Source of the DNA: an uncultured Thermoleophilia bacterium
Lineage (GTDB): Bacteria > Actinomycetota > Thermoleophilia > UBA2241
Length of the DNA stretch: 64,000 bases
Direction of reading: 5' to 3'
Assembly: GCA_963829205.1 (NCBI GenBank)
Contig: CAWHHT010000006.1
Span: 217,885-281,884, forward strand
The notes beneath the pieces were generated by a model. That model was not told where the DNA came from. It searched no databases and saw only the letters and a program-made list of their open reading frames with translations. A program made the position numbers and the translations under genes. Of the stretch, positions 19,090-31,517 are shown in pieces. Each line of letters begins with the position of its first letter. The first letter of the stretch is position 1.

Positions 19090-19704
19090 ATGACAGGCAT
19101 CATCGGCAAGAAGATCGGCATGACCCAGCTCTTCGACGACGACGGCAACGTCGTGGCGGTCACCGTCGTCCAGGCTGGCCCGTGTCCCGTCACACAGGTA
19201 CGCACGCTCGACAACGACGGCTACGAGGCCGTGCAGCTCGCGTTCGAGGAGTGCAAGGACAAGCACATCAGCAAGCCTGAGCTCGGCCATCTCAAGAAGG
19301 CGGGCCTCAAGCACGGGATGCGTCACCTCGTCGAGTTCGACGCGGCAGGCGATCTCAAGGTCGGCGACACGGTGACCGTGGAGGCGTTCGAGGACGGCCA
19401 GGCCGTCACCGCCACCGGCGTCAGCAAGGGCAAGGGGTTCCAGGGCACCATCAAGCGGCACAACTTCGGCCGCGGTCCCGAGACCCACGGTTCACACAAC
19501 GTCAGGCAGCCGGGTTCGATCGGCGCCAGCGCGTACCCGAGCCGCGTGTTCAAGGGCATGCGCATGAGTGGGCATATGGGGGCGCAGCGCGTCACCCAGC
19601 AGGGTCTCAAGATCGTCCGTCGCGACGTCGAGAACAACCTGCTGCTCATCAAGGGCTCAGTGCCCGGCGCCAAGAACTCCGTCGTCGTGATCAAGGGTAG
19701 GTAA
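19090..19704 (+). CDS. rplC: 50S ribosomal protein L3 (uL3)
   Basis: 204 aa typical L3. Confidence 0.95.
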   Translation: MTGIIGKKIGMTQLFDDDGNVVAVTVVQAGPCPVTQVRTLDNDGYEAVQLAFEECKDKHISKPELGHLKKAGLKHGMRHLVEFDAAGDLKVGDTVTVEAFEDGQAVTATGVSKGKGFQGTIKRHNFGRGPETHGSHNVRQPGSIGASAYPSRVFKGMRMSGHMGAQRVTQQGLKIVRRDVENNLLLIKGSVPGAKNSVVVIKGR

Positions 19705-19706
19705 CA

Positions 19707-20755
19707 GTGGCCCCCGACGAGACCAAGAAGACCCAGGACGTCGAGGCCACCTCGGCCGAGAACGCCGAGGGGAAGACTCCTGCCAAGACGGAGGCCGCCA
19801 AGCCGGCCGCCAAGAAGCCTGCGGCGAAGAAGCCGGCCGCCAAGAAGCCGGCCGCCAAGGCCGAGGCTGCCGCCAAGCCGGCTGCCAAGAAGCCTGCGGC
19901 GAAGAAGCCGGCCGCCAAGGCAGCCGGCCGCCAAGGCCGAGGCTGCCGCCAAGCCGGCCGCCAAGAAGCCTGCGGCGAAGAAGCCGGCCGCCAAGAAGCC
20001 GGCCGCCAAGGCCGAGGCTCCCGCGGCCGCCAAGAAGCCCGTCGCCAAGGCCGAGCCGGCCGCCAAGAAGCCGGCCGCCGAGCGACCCGCGAAGCAGAAG
20101 GCCGCGAAGAAGCCGGCACCTGAGCTGCGTCACGGCAAGGAAGGCAAGGCAACGGTGGTCGACGCCGCCGGCAAGGAGCTCGAGGCGCGCGCGCTCAACG
20201 CGGTGCTCTTCGCCGTGCCGGCCGACGTGAACACACTGCACCTGGTGGTGCGCGCCGAGCAGGCTGCGCGCCGCCGTGGGACCGCTTCGACCAAGACGCG
20301 CGGCGAGGTCTCAGGATCCACCGCGAAGCTCTACCGCCAGAAGGGCACGGGCCGCGCCCGCGCCGGCAGCGTCAAGTCGCCGATCCGCACCGGCGGAGGC
20401 GTCGCGTTCGGCCCGAGGCCGCGGAGCTTCGACGATCAAGGTCAACCGCAAGGTCGTGCGCAAGGCGCTGGCCATGGCCCTGAGCAACCGCGCCGAGAAC
20501 GGCAACGTGTTCGTGGCGGCGGGTCTGCAGATCGACGAGCCGAGCACGGCGACGCTGAACGAGTTCCTCGTGAAGCTCGACATCGCCGCGCCCGTGCTGG
20601 TCGTCACGCACGACGAACCGGGCGTCGCCAAGTCCGCGCGCAATCTCTCGTACGCCGAAGTCTCCGAGGTCGGCGCGCTCTCCACCGAGCAGGTCCTGCG
20701 GGCCCGCTCCCTGGTCCTCACCGAGAAGGCGTTCGCCGCCCTGAACGAGGCGTGA
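19707..20755 (+). pseudogene. rplD: 50S ribosomal protein L4 (uL4) with ~150 aa Lys/Ala/Pro-repeat N-terminal extension; frame broken by two apparent +1 frameshifts (near 19925 and 20438)
   Basis: GTG 3 nt after rplC stop; frames 19707.., 20155.. and 20276..20755 together give AKKPAAKKP repeats -> canonical L4 core ([33 protein letters not shown] ... [16 protein letters not shown] ...). Confidence 0.85.
19797..20010 (+). repeat. imperfect tandem DNA repeats (~66-75 nt units, 3 copies) encoding [22 protein letters not shown]
   Basis: near-identical blocks at ~19797-19860, 19855-19920, 19937-20010 inside the rplD 5' region. Confidence 0.7.
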
Positions 20756-20758
20756 CAC

Positions 20759-21045
20759 ATGGTTGAAGCCGAAAAGATCATCATCAAGCCGATCATCTCT
20801 GAGAAGAGCTACTCGCAGATCGACCACGACCGGTACACCTTCCAGGTGCACCCGGACGCGCACAAGACCATGATCGCCCAGGCGGTCGCGCAGCTCTTCA
20901 ACGTCACTGTGGTCGCGGTATCCACCGCGAACATCAAGGGGAAGCCGAAGCGCCGCGGGACGTCGCGCGGCCACACCCCGGCTTGGAAGAAGGCCGTCGT
21001 GCAGCTCGCGCCCGGCGACAAGATCGAATTCTTCGAGGGCAGGTA

Positions 21046-21046
<1 letters not shown>
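20759..21046 (+). CDS. rplW: 50S ribosomal protein L23 (uL23)
   Basis: 95 aa typical L23. Confidence 0.95.
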
Positions 21047-21885
<839 letters not shown>

Positions 21886-21900
21886 GGCAGGAGGCTCCTT

Positions 21901-22179
21901 TTGAGCAGGTCAGCAAAGAAGGGTCCGTTCGTCGACGAGCGCCTCTTGAAGCGCATCGAAGAGATGAACGCCGCCGGCCAGAAGAAGATGATCAAGACCT
22001 GGTCGCGGGCCTCTACGGTCTTCCCCGACATGGTCGGTCACACCATCGCCGTGCACGACGGGCGCAAGCACGTCCCTATCTTCATCAGCGAATCGATGGT
22101 CGGTCACAAACTGGGCGAGTTCGCGCTCACCCGCACGTTCCGCGGTCACATCAAGGGCGACCGCTCGGCCAGAAGGTAA
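21901..22179 (+). CDS. rpsS: 30S ribosomal protein S19 (uS19)
   Basis: TTG start after GGAGG; 92 aa typical S19. Confidence 0.95.
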   Translation: MSRSAKKGPFVDERLLKRIEEMNAAGQKKMIKTWSRASTVFPDMVGHTIAVHDGRKHVPIFISESMVGHKLGEFALTRTFRGHIKGDRSARR

Positions 22180-22185
22180 CGGAAC

Positions 22186-22529
22186 ATGGCAGTAAGAGCA
22201 CAAGCGAAGTACGTGCGCGTCGCACCGCGCAAGGCGAGGGAGGTCGCGGACCTGATCCGCGGCAAGTCCGTCGCCGAGGCGCGAAGCACGCTGTTCTTCG
22301 CCAATCGCAACGCCGCGCGCGTGGTCGCCCGAGTCCTGAACTCGGCGGTTGCCAATGCTGAGAACAACAACGCGTTCTCGGCCGACGACCTGTACGTCAA
22401 GGAGGCTCGCGTGGACGAGGGCCCGACCCTCAAGCGCTGGCAGTTCCGGGCGATGGGCCGCGTCAATCGCATCCGCAAACGCAGCAGCCACATCACCATC
22501 GCGGTGGAGCAGAGGGAGGTCCGTTCCTA

Positions 22530-22530
<1 letters not shown>
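22186..22530 (+). CDS. rplV: 50S ribosomal protein L22 (uL22)
   Basis: 114 aa typical L22. Confidence 0.95.
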
Positions 22531-23541
<1,011 letters not shown>

Positions 23542-23556
23542 CGGAGGACGTAGACG

Positions 23557-23983
23557 ATGCTCCTGCCGAAGAGAGTCAAGCACAGGAAGCAACAGCGCGG
23601 CCGTATGGCCGGCACTGTCCAGAGGTGGCAACACGGTCGAGTTCGGCCAGTTCGGCCTCAAGGCGATCGATCGCGGCTGGGTGACCAATCGCCAGATCGA
23701 AGCAGCCCGTATCGCCATGACGCGCCATATCAAGCGTGGCGGCAAGGTGTGGATCAACGTGTTTCCACACAAACCCATCACGCGCAAGGCCGCTGAGACC
23801 CGCATGGGCGGCGGCAAGGGTTCGCCCGAGTCCTGGGTGGCCGTGGTCAAGCCGGGCAAGGTCATGTTCGAGCTTGCCGGCGTGAGCGAGCCCGTGGCCC
23901 GCGAGGCCATGCGTCTGGCCGCGCACAAGCTGCCCATCAAGTGCAAGTTCGTGACGAGGGAGGGCAGTCTCCTTGAAAGCTAG
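23557..23983 (+). pseudogene. rplP: 50S ribosomal protein L16 (uL16); one apparent +1 frameshift near 23620
   Basis: [19 protein letters not shown] in frame 1, then [49 protein letters not shown]... in frame +1 to stop at 23983. Confidence 0.88.
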
Positions 23984-24188
23984 CAAGCTCAGAGAGCTGT
24001 CCGATGACGAGCTCATCGTGCGCCTGAAGGATACGCGCAAGGAACTGTTCAACCTGCGCTTCCAGCACGCCACCGGGCAGCTCGACAATCCGCACAAGTT
24101 GAACGCGACGCGCCGCGAGATCGCCCGCCTGCTCACCATGCAGTCGGAACGCCAGCGCGAACGCACTGCAGCCGGTGGTGAAGCCTGA
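23973..24188 (+). CDS. rpmC: 50S ribosomal protein L29 (uL29)
   Basis: TTG start overlapping rplP end; 71 aa. Confidence 0.9.
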   Translation: MKASKLRELSDDELIVRLKDTRKELFNLRFQHATGQLDNPHKLNATRREIARLLTMQSERQRERTAAGGEA

Positions 24189-24646
24189 TGGCGACGACGA
24201 AGAAGACCGACAGCGGCAAGCCCGCTCCCAAGCAGACGGCCGCGCGCAAGCCGGCCGCCAAGAAGACGGCGGCGAAGAAGACCACGGCCAAGAAGCCGGC
24301 CGCCAAGAAGGCCGCCGAGACCCAGGCCGTCAAGCCGGCCAAGAAGGTCTCGGCCGCCAAGGCCAAGGCCAAGGCAGAGCGCAAGGCGCCGGAGAAGGTG
24401 CCGGGTCGCAAGGAACGCCGCGGCGTCGTCGTCAGCGACGCCATGGACAAGACGATCGTGGTGCGCATCGACGTGGCGCAGAAGCACGAGCGGTACGGCA
24501 AGGTCGTGCGCCGCTCGAGCAAGCTGCATGTCCACGACGAGCAGAACGCGGCCGGCGTCGGTGACCTCGTACGGGTCGTCGAGACGCGTCCGCTCAGCGC
24601 GAGCAAGCGTTGGCGTCTTCTCGAGATCCTCGAGAAGGCCAAGTAA
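24188..24646 (+). CDS. rpsQ: 30S ribosomal protein S17 (uS17) with ~65 aa Lys/Ala-rich N-terminal extension
   Basis: ATG overlapping rpmC stop (TGATG); [17 protein letters not shown] tail then canonical S17 OB-fold ([20 protein letters not shown]...). Confidence 0.92.
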   Translation: MATTKKTDSGKPAPKQTAARKPAAKKTAAKKTTAKKPAAKKAAETQAVKPAKKVSAAKAKAKAERKAPEKVPGRKERRGVVVSDAMDKTIVVRIDVAQKHERYGKVVRRSSKLHVHDEQNAAGVGDLVRVVETRPLSASKRWRLLEILEKAK

Positions 24647-24667
24647 GAAAGCCGGCAGAGGAAACAC

Positions 24668-25036
24668 ATGATCCAGGTTGAGTCCAGACTACGAGTCGCC
24701 GACAACACGGGCGCACGCGAGATCCTCTGTATCCGGATCCGCGGTGGCTCGAAGCGGCGGTATGCCACGGTCGGCGACATCATCGTCGGCACCGTGAAGG
24801 TGGCGACGCCCGGTGGCGGCGTGAAGAAGGGCGACGTCGTGCGCGCCGTCATCGTGCGCACCAAGAAGGAGTTCGGTCGCAAGGACGGCACGTACATCGC
24901 GTTCGACGAGAACGCCGCCGTGCTGATCGACAACCAGAACAACCCGCGTGGGACCCGCATCTTCGGCCCCGTGGCCCGTGAGCTGCGCGAGAAGAACTTC
25001 ATGAAGATCGTGTCGCTCGCTCCCGAGGTGCTGTGA
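24668..25036 (+). CDS. rplN: 50S ribosomal protein L14 (uL14)
   Basis: 122 aa typical L14. Confidence 0.96.
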   Translation: MIQVESRLRVADNTGAREILCIRIRGGSKRRYATVGDIIVGTVKVATPGGGVKKGDVVRAVIVRTKKEFGRKDGTYIAFDENAAVLIDNQNNPRGTRIFGPVARELREKNFMKIVSLAPEVL

Positions 25037-25371
25037 TGAGCAAGATGAAGATCCACAAGGGCGACCAGGTGAAGGTCGTCAACGGCAAGGAGTCCGGCAA
25101 GACCGGCAAAGTGCTGCGCGTGGACACCGAGTCGCACAGGGTGGTCATCGAGCGGCTCAACATGGTCAAGAAGCACACCAAGCCGAACCCCAAGACCAAC
25201 CCGCAGGGCGGCGTCATCGAGCGTGAGGCTGCGATCGACGTGTCCAACGTGATGCTCGTGTGTCCCGCCTGCGGCCAGCCGACGCGTGTCGGCTTCCGGT
25301 TGCTCGAGGGCGGCGGCAAGATCCGTACATGCCGCCGCGCCAACTGCGGCAAAGACATCGACAAGGCGTGA
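25033..25371 (+). CDS. rplX: 50S ribosomal protein L24 (uL24) carrying a C-terminal CxxC...CxxxxC motif
   Basis: KOW-domain L24 ([25 protein letters not shown]...); C-terminal [34 protein letters not shown]. Confidence 0.93.
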   Translation: MMSKMKIHKGDQVKVVNGKESGKTGKVLRVDTESHRVVIERLNMVKKHTKPNPKTNPQGGVIEREAAIDVSNVMLVCPACGQPTRVGFRLLEGGGKIRTCRRANCGKDIDKA

Positions 25372-25373
25372 CC

Positions 25374-25916
25374 ATGGCCAGGCTCAAGGACAAGTACATC
25401 AAGGAGATCGTGCCGGAGCTCAAAGAGGAGTTCGGGTACCGCAATGTCATGGAAGTGCCGCGTGTCACCAAGGTGACCCTCAACATGGGCGTCGGCGAGG
25501 CCAAGACGAACGCCAAACTGCTCGACGACGCCGTCGAGGAGCTGGCGCTCATCGCCGGCCAGCGGCCGGCGATCACGAAGGCGCGCAAGTCGATCGCCAG
25601 CTTCAAGTTGCGCGAGGGCATGTCCATCGGCTGCCGCGTGACCCTGCGCGGCGAGCGCATGTACGAGATGATCGACCGTCTCGTGTCCATCGCCCTGCCG
25701 CGCATCCGCGACTTCCGCGGCATCTCGCCCGAGCAGTTCGACGGTCGCGGCAACTTCGCCATGGGCGTGCGCGAGCAGACGATCTTCCCCGAGATCGACT
25801 ACGACTCGGTCGAAACGTTCCGCGGTCTCAACATCGTCATCACGACGACCGCCAAGACAGACGAGGAAGGGCGCGCCCTGCTGGCCAAGCTGGGCATGCC
25901 GTTCCGGTCGAACTAG
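25374..25916 (+). CDS. rplE: 50S ribosomal protein L5 (uL5)
   Basis: ATG 2 nt after rplX stop; 180 aa typical L5. Confidence 0.95.
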   Translation: MARLKDKYIKEIVPELKEEFGYRNVMEVPRVTKVTLNMGVGEAKTNAKLLDDAVEELALIAGQRPAITKARKSIASFKLREGMSIGCRVTLRGERMYEMIDRLVSIALPRIRDFRGISPEQFDGRGNFAMGVREQTIFPEIDYDSVETFRGLNIVITTTAKTDEEGRALLAKLGMPFRSN

Positions 25917-25929
25917 GAGCAGCTGAAGC

Positions 25930-26115
25930 ATGGCTAAGACATCCCTCGTGGTGAAAGCCGGGCGCAAGCAGCGCTACAAGACGCGCGAGTACAATCGCTG
26001 CGCCAGGTGCGGTCGCCCGCGTGCTTACTACCGCAAGTTCGGGATCTGCCGCATCTGCCTGCGCGAAGTCGCGCACCAGGGCGTCATCCCCGGCCTGACC
26101 AAGTCGAGCTGGTAA
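25930..26115 (+). CDS. rpsN: 30S ribosomal protein S14 type Z (zinc-binding uS14)
   Basis: 61 aa; [20 protein letters not shown]. Confidence 0.95.
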   Translation: MAKTSLVVKAGRKQRYKTREYNRCARCGRPRAYYRKFGICRICLREVAHQGVIPGLTKSSW

Positions 26116-26127
26116 GGAGGCGGGCAC

Positions 26128-26526
26128 ATGTCAATGACAGATCCAATCGCCGACATGCTGACGCGCATCCGCAACGGCAGCACGGCACGGCACTCGACGG
26201 TCGAGATACCGTCGTCACGCATGAAGGTCGAGATCGCCAGGCTGATGACGGAGCAGGGCTACGTCAGCGGCTACGCGACCAAGCAGGGCGAGCACGGCGA
26301 GGTCATCATCGTCGAGCTCAAGTACGGCAAGAACCGAGAGCGGGTCATCTCCGGCATCAAGCGCGTCTCCAAGCCCGGGCGTCGTGTCTACGCCAAGAAG
26401 GAGTCGTTGCCCAAGGTGCTCGGCGGACTCGGCACGGCGATCATCTCCACGTCACGCGGCCTCGTGACCAGCGCGGAAGCGCGGAAGCTGGGCCTGGGTG
26501 GCGAGGTGATCTGCTTCATCTGGTGA
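26128..26526 (+). CDS. rpsH: 30S ribosomal protein S8 (uS8)
   Basis: 132 aa typical S8. Confidence 0.95.
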   Translation: MSMTDPIADMLTRIRNGSTARHSTVEIPSSRMKVEIARLMTEQGYVSGYATKQGEHGEVIIVELKYGKNRERVISGIKRVSKPGRRVYAKKESLPKVLGGLGTAIISTSRGLVTSAEARKLGLGGEVICFIW

Positions 26527-26535
26527 GGACGGCAC

Positions 26536-27069
26536 ATGTCGAGGATCGGTAAAGCTCCCATCCCGCTGCCCGACGGCGTCGAGTTCAAGTACGACAACGC
26601 CGTCGTGACGGTCAAGGGACCCAAGGGTGAACTCACCCAGCGGGTGCCGCGTGAGATGCTGGTCGAGGTCGGGGACGGCGTGATCGAGGTCAAGCGCCCC
26701 ACGGACAGCGGTCCGCATCGCTCGCTGCACGGCCTCACACGCACGCTGATCGCCAACATGGTGACCGGCGTCACGGACGGTTTCGAGAAGCGTCTCGAGA
26801 TCGTCGGCGTCGGCTACCGCGCCAGCGTCAAGGGCGACACGCTCGAGCTGCTGGTGGGCTACAGCCACCCGGTGCTCATCGAGCCGCCCGAGCACATCGC
26901 GTTCGAGACGCCGCAGGCGACGGTCGTCGTCGTCAGGGGCATCGACAAGCAGGTGGTCGGCGAGGTGGCCGCCAAAGTGCGCTCCACCCGCCCGCCTGAG
27001 CCCTACAAGGGCAAGGGCATCCGGTACGCCGGCGAGTACGTGCAACGCAAGGTCGGCAAGCGGGCCTAG
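26536..27069 (+). CDS. rplF: 50S ribosomal protein L6 (uL6)
   Basis: 177 aa typical L6. Confidence 0.95.
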   Translation: MSRIGKAPIPLPDGVEFKYDNAVVTVKGPKGELTQRVPREMLVEVGDGVIEVKRPTDSGPHRSLHGLTRTLIANMVTGVTDGFEKRLEIVGVGYRASVKGDTLELLVGYSHPVLIEPPEHIAFETPQATVVVVRGIDKQVVGEVAAKVRSTRPPEPYKGKGIRYAGEYVQRKVGKRA

Positions 27070-27102
27070 CGCGCTGCCTGAGAGAAGAGGAACGCACACA
27101 AG

Positions 27103-27456
27103 ATGAGTGCACTGACGATCAGAGAAGCCCGGGCCCGCCGCAAGCGGCGTATCCGCGGGCGCATCGAGGGCACAGCCGAGCGCCCGCGCGTCTCGGTGTT
27201 CCGCTCGAACAAGGCGATCTACGCCCAGCTCGTCGACGACGCGGAGGCCCGGACGCTGGCCGCCGTGCGCTCCGGCGAGGTGGAGGGCAAGGGCCTCAAG
27301 AAGGCCGAGGTCGCCAAGAAGGTCGGCGAGCTGCTCGCGCAGCGCGCCAAGGACAAAGGCATAGAACGCGTCGTCTTCGACCGGTCGGGTTATCTGTACC
27401 ACGGCCGTGTGAAGGCTCTCGCCGAGGGCGCCCGCGAGGGCGGCCTGGTTTTCTGA
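27103..27456 (+). CDS. rplR: 50S ribosomal protein L18 (uL18)
   Basis: 117 aa typical L18. Confidence 0.93.
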   Translation: MSALTIREARARRKRRIRGRIEGTAERPRVSVFRSNKAIYAQLVDDAEARTLAAVRSGEVEGKGLKKAEVAKKVGELLAQRAKDKGIERVVFDRSGYLYHGRVKALAEGAREGGLVF

Positions 27457-27474
27457 CAAGGAGTAAAGGACCCC

Positions 27475-28041
27475 GTGGCTAGAGGATCATTCAGCGATGG
27501 CAACGAGCTCAAAGAGCGCGTTGTCGACATCAACCGCGTCGCCAAGGTCGTCAAGGGCGGCCGGCGGTTCTCCTTCACGGCCCTGGTCGTCGTCGGTGAC
27601 GAGAACGGTCACGTGGGCGCCGGCTACGGCAAGGCGCGCGAGGTGCCGCTGGCGATCCAGAAGGCGATCGAGGACGCGAAGAAGAACCTGTTCACCGTGC
27701 CGCGCTACAACGGCACGACGACCACGCATCAGGTCGTGGGCCGCTTCGGCGCCGCCCGCGTGCTGCTCAAGCCCGCCGCTCCCGGTACCGGCGTCATCGC
27801 CGCCGGCGGCGTGCGTGCCGTGCTCGAGCTCGCCGGCGTGCGCGACATCCTCACCAAGTCTCTGGGGACCACCAACCCCATCAACCTGGTGCGCGCCACC
27901 GTCGCCGGCCTGCAGTCGCTCAAGACCCCCGAGGGTCAGGCGCGCCTGCGCGGCATCTCGGTGGCGCAGGTGCTCGGCCTCGACCAGCGTGAAGAGCCGG
28001 CCGGCGAGGATGCTCCCGCCGCGGCGGCCGGGGAGGCCTGA
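27475..28041 (+). CDS. rpsE: 30S ribosomal protein S5 (uS5)
   Basis: GTG start; 188 aa with short acidic C-terminal tail. Confidence 0.95.
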   Translation: MARGSFSDGNELKERVVDINRVAKVVKGGRRFSFTALVVVGDENGHVGAGYGKAREVPLAIQKAIEDAKKNLFTVPRYNGTTTTHQVVGRFGAARVLLKPAAPGTGVIAAGGVRAVLELAGVRDILTKSLGTTNPINLVRATVAGLQSLKTPEGQARLRGISVAQVLGLDQREEPAGEDAPAAAAGEA

Positions 28042-28046
28042 GCTGC

Positions 28047-28241
28047 ATGACCACGTATCTCGAGATCACCCAGGTCAAGAGCGCGATCGGTCGTAAGCCC
28101 GATCACCGAGGCACGCTGCGCGCGCTCGGCCTCAAGCGGATCCGCCACACCGTGGTCCACGAGGACACCCCCGTGATCCGCGGCATGGTCAACAAGGTCG
28201 CCTACCTCCTCGAGGTGCGGCCGGTAACGAAGAAGTCGTGA
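28047..28241 (+). CDS. rpmD: 50S ribosomal protein L30 (uL30)
   Basis: 64 aa typical L30. Confidence 0.9.
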   Translation: MTTYLEITQVKSAIGRKPDHRGTLRALGLKRIRHTVVHEDTPVIRGMVNKVAYLLEVRPVTKKS

Positions 28242-28242
28242 C

Positions 28243-28719
28243 ATGGCTGAACTAGGACTGCATAACCTGCGCCCGAACCCGGGCTCCACGAAGGACACCA
28301 AGCGGCTCGGCCGCGGCAAGGGCACCGGCCAGGGCAAGACCGCCGGCAAGGGCCACAAGGGCTACAACGCCCGGTCCGGCGGCGGCGTGCGCCCAGGCTA
28401 CGAGGGCGGCCAGATGCCGCTCTACATGCGGCTCGGCAAGCTGCGCGGACCGCACATGAAGAAGAGCATGCCCATCGGCCCGTTCCGCACCTATGCGGTG
28501 CCGGTCAACGTGGGGCGCCTCTCGGCCGCGTTCGCGGCGGGCGACGAGGTCACCCCTGAGGCGCTCGTCGCCAAGGGCATCGTCAAGAACACCCGCACGC
28601 CCATCAAGGTCCTCGGCGGCGGTGACCTCGACAAGGCGCTGAACGTGCGCATCCACCTGTACTCACGCAGTGCCGTGGAGAAGATCGAGGCGGCCGGCGG
28701 CAAGGCCGAGCTCCTCTGA
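28243..28719 (+). CDS. rplO: 50S ribosomal protein L15 (uL15)
   Basis: 158 aa typical L15. Confidence 0.95.
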   Translation: MAELGLHNLRPNPGSTKDTKRLGRGKGTGQGKTAGKGHKGYNARSGGGVRPGYEGGQMPLYMRLGKLRGPHMKKSMPIGPFRTYAVPVNVGRLSAAFAAGDEVTPEALVAKGIVKNTRTPIKVLGGGDLDKALNVRIHLYSRSAVEKIEAAGGKAELL

Positions 28720-28741
28720 CCGGCGTGGGGGTATCGGGGCT

Positions 28742-30004
28742 GTGAACAACAAGCTCTGGCAATCGCTCGTCAATGCCTGGAAGCTTCCGGATCTGCGCAC
28801 GAAGGTCCTCTTCACGGCGGCGATGATCGCGATCTACCGGTTCGGCGACCACGTGCCCGTCCCCGGTGTGGACACGGCCGCCGTCGCGAAGTTCATTGCG
28901 AGCGGCAATCAGGGAGTCCTCGGCTTCCTGAACCTGTTCTCGGGCGGCGCGCTCGGCCGCCTCGCGCTGTTCGCGCTCGGCATCATGCCGTACATCACGG
29001 CGTCGATCATCATGCAGTTGCTGACGGTCGTGATCCCCAAGCTCGAGGACCTCGCCAAAGAAGGCGAGCAGGGCCAGAAGGAGATCACCAAGTACACGCG
29101 CTGGCTCACTGTAGCCCTCTCGTTCGTGCAGGCGATCGGCTACGTCGTGCTGTTCAAGAGCGAGGGCATCCTGCCCACCATGAGCATCTGGCGCAGCTCG
29201 CTCATCATCGCGGGCCTCGTCACCGGCGCCGTGGTCGTCATGTGGCTCGGCGAGCTCATCACGGCGCGCGGCATCGGCAACGGCATGTCGATCATCATCT
29301 TCATCAGCATCGTCTCCCGTATCCCGGGCGGCGCCGCCAAGCTCTTCACGATGAGCATCATCACCATCATCCTGTTCTTGCTCATCGCCCTCGCCGTGGT
29401 CGTGGGCGTCGTCTGGATCACCACGGGCGAGCGGCGGGTGCCGGTGCAGTACGCCAAGCGCGTCGTCGGGCGCCGGATGATGGGCGGCACGAGCACCTTC
29501 ATCCCGCTCAAGGTCAACATGGCCGGCGTCATCCCGGTCATCTTCGCGTCGTCGATCATGATGATCGTGCCGACGTTCGCGCAGTTCTTCGGGACTGGGG
29601 GCATCGCCGGCTGGTTCAACTCGACCTTCGGGCCGAACACGTTCCTCTACATCATCGGCGAGGCCATCCTCATCATCATCTTCACGTACTTCTACACGGC
29701 CGTGACGTTCAACCCGATCGACCAGGCCGACAACCTCAAGAAGTACGGCGGCTTCATCCCGGGCGTGCGTCCCGGGCGTCCCACGGCTGAGTACCTCGAC
29801 CGGATCCTCACGCGGCTGACGCTGCCGGGCGCGCTCTTCCTCGCCGCCCTCGCGGTGTTGCCGTGGATCATGTCGAAGTACCTCGCCGTGCCGTTCTACT
29901 TCGGCGGCACGTCGCTGCTGATCGTGGTCGGCGTCGCGCTCGATACCATGCGGCAGATGGAAGCCCAGTTGCTCATGCGCCACTACGAGGGCTTCCTCAA
30001 ATAG
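28742..30004 (+). CDS. secY: preprotein translocase subunit SecY
   Basis: GTG start in ORF 28670..30004 frame (VNNKLWQSLVNAWKLPDLRTKVLFT...); 10 TM SecY. Confidence 0.93.
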   Translation: MNNKLWQSLVNAWKLPDLRTKVLFTAAMIAIYRFGDHVPVPGVDTAAVAKFIASGNQGVLGFLNLFSGGALGRLALFALGIMPYITASIIMQLLTVVIPKLEDLAKEGEQGQKEITKYTRWLTVALSFVQAIGYVVLFKSEGILPTMSIWRSSLIIAGLVTGAVVVMWLGELITARGIGNGMSIIIFISIVSRIPGGAAKLFTMSIITIILFLLIALAVVVGVVWITTGERRVPVQYAKRVVGRRMMGGTSTFIPLKVNMAGVIPVIFASSIMMIVPTFAQFFGTGGIAGWFNSTFGPNTFLYIIGEAILIIIFTYFYTAVTFNPIDQADNLKKYGGFIPGVRPGRPTAEYLDRILTRLTLPGALFLAALAVLPWIMSKYLAVPFYFGGTSLLIVVGVALDTMRQMEAQLLMRHYEGFLK

Positions 30005-30014
30005 GGGGCCGCCG

Positions 30015-30681
30015 ATGACCGACGCCCAGCTCAACGTCATCCTCCTCGGCGCCCCCGGCGCCGGCAAGGGCACGCAGGCCGAACGCATCGTCGCGCAGTT
30101 CGGCCTGCCGCACATCTCGACCGGTGAGATGCTGCGCGCCGCCGTCGCCCAGGGCACGGACATGGGGCTGGCCGCCCAGAAATCCATGGAGGCCGGCGCG
30201 CTGGTGCCCGACGAGGTCGTGATCGGCGTCGTGCGCGACCGTCTGGACGAGCCGGACGCCCAGGACGGCTTCCTGCTGGACGGCTTTCCGCGCACGATCG
30301 AGCAGGCCGAACGCCTGGACGCGATGCTGTCGGAGGCGGGCCGGAAGGTCACGCACGTCATCCTCATCGACGTCCCCGAGGACGAGCTCGTGCAGCGCCT
30401 CGCCGGCCGGCGCATGTGCCGCGGCTGCGGCAAGGGCTATCACGTCGTGTTCGACCCTCCCAAGGAGGAGGGCGTCTGCGACGTCTGCGGCTCCGAGCTG
30501 TACCAGCGCACCGACGACAACGAAGAGACGGTGCGCCATCGGCTCGATGTGTACCGCGCGCAGACTGAGCCCCTGGTCGGCTACTACGAGCGCCAAGGCG
30601 TCCTGCAGACCGCGTTCGGTGGGGGCAAGCTGCCCGGACGAGGTGTTCGGCCAGGTCCAGGCCCTCCTCGCGGGGAGCTGA
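30015..30681 (+). pseudogene. adk: adenylate kinase (zinc-lid CxxC...CxxC form); one apparent +1 frameshift near 30637 (CCCGGAC vs CCCGAC) upstream of the real stop at 30679-30681
   Basis: GAPGAGKGTQ P-loop, CRGCGKGYHVVFDPPKEEGVCDVCG lid; C-terminal ...KLP|DEVFGQVQALLAGS* recovered in frame +1; annotated frame reads through to 30752. Confidence 0.88.
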
Positions 30682-30687
30682 CGCTAC

Positions 30688-31461
30688 GTGATCGTCCGCA
30701 AGTCGGCGGCCGAGGTCGCGAAGATCGGCGCCGCCGGAGAGATCCTGGCTGACTGCCTGGACATGCTCGCAGCCGAGGCGCGGCCCGGTGTCAGCACGGC
30801 GGAGCTGGACCGGCTCGCGGAGCGTTTCATCCGGGGACACGGCGGCGTGCCGACATTCCTCGGGTACAGGGGGTTCCCGGGGTCCATCTGCGCTTCGCCG
30901 AACGACATGGTGGTGCACGGCATACCCGGCGTGTACCGCATCGCCGAGGGCGACATCTTGAGCATCGACGTAGGCGTGACGCTCGACGGCTACGTGGCCG
31001 ATTCGGCGATCACTCTGCCGATGGGCGCGGTCGACGCCGAAGCCCTGCGGCTGCTCGACGTGACGAAGGAGTCGCTCGAGGCCGGGATCGCCCAGTGCCA
31101 CGAGGGCGCCAGGCTGGGCGACCTCTCGCACGCGGTGCAGGAGGTCGTAGAGGACGCGGGCTTCAGCGTCGTGCGCTCGCTGGTCGGCCACGGCGTCGGC
31201 CGCGAGATGCACGAGGATCCGCAGATCCCCAACTACGGGGATCCCGGGCGCGGTCCGCGGCTGGAAGAGGGCTGGGTGCTGGCCATCGAGCCGATGGTCA
31301 ATGCCGGCGGCCACGAAGTGTTCGTCGCCGACGACGGCTGGAGCATCTCGACCGGCGATGGGTCGCTCTCGGCACACTTCGAGCACACGGTCGCCGTGGG
31401 CAAGAAGGCGCCGCAGGTGCTCACGCGCCGCCGCTCGGAGACGGGCGGCGCGCGAGGCTAG
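30688..31461 (+). CDS. map: type I methionine aminopeptidase
   Basis: GTG start; 257 aa typical MetAP. Confidence 0.93.
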   Translation: MIVRKSAAEVAKIGAAGEILADCLDMLAAEARPGVSTAELDRLAERFIRGHGGVPTFLGYRGFPGSICASPNDMVVHGIPGVYRIAEGDILSIDVGVTLDGYVADSAITLPMGAVDAEALRLLDVTKESLEAGIAQCHEGARLGDLSHAVQEVVEDAGFSVVRSLVGHGVGREMHEDPQIPNYGDPGRGPRLEEGWVLAIEPMVNAGGHEVFVADDGWSISTGDGSLSAHFEHTVAVGKKAPQVLTRRRSETGGARG

Positions 31462-31517
31462 CGCGGCTCGAGATCGGCGCGGAGCCACGGTCGCCGCGCC
31501 GCCGCGAACAGCGTGTT

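Noticed and set aside
19323-20241. Several minus-strand ORFs (19323..20066, 19657..20241, 19691..20152) over the rplD repeat region
   Set aside because: Mirror images of the AKKP coding repeats (encode AAGFLAAG... repeats); antisense artefacts of a repetitive GC-rich region.
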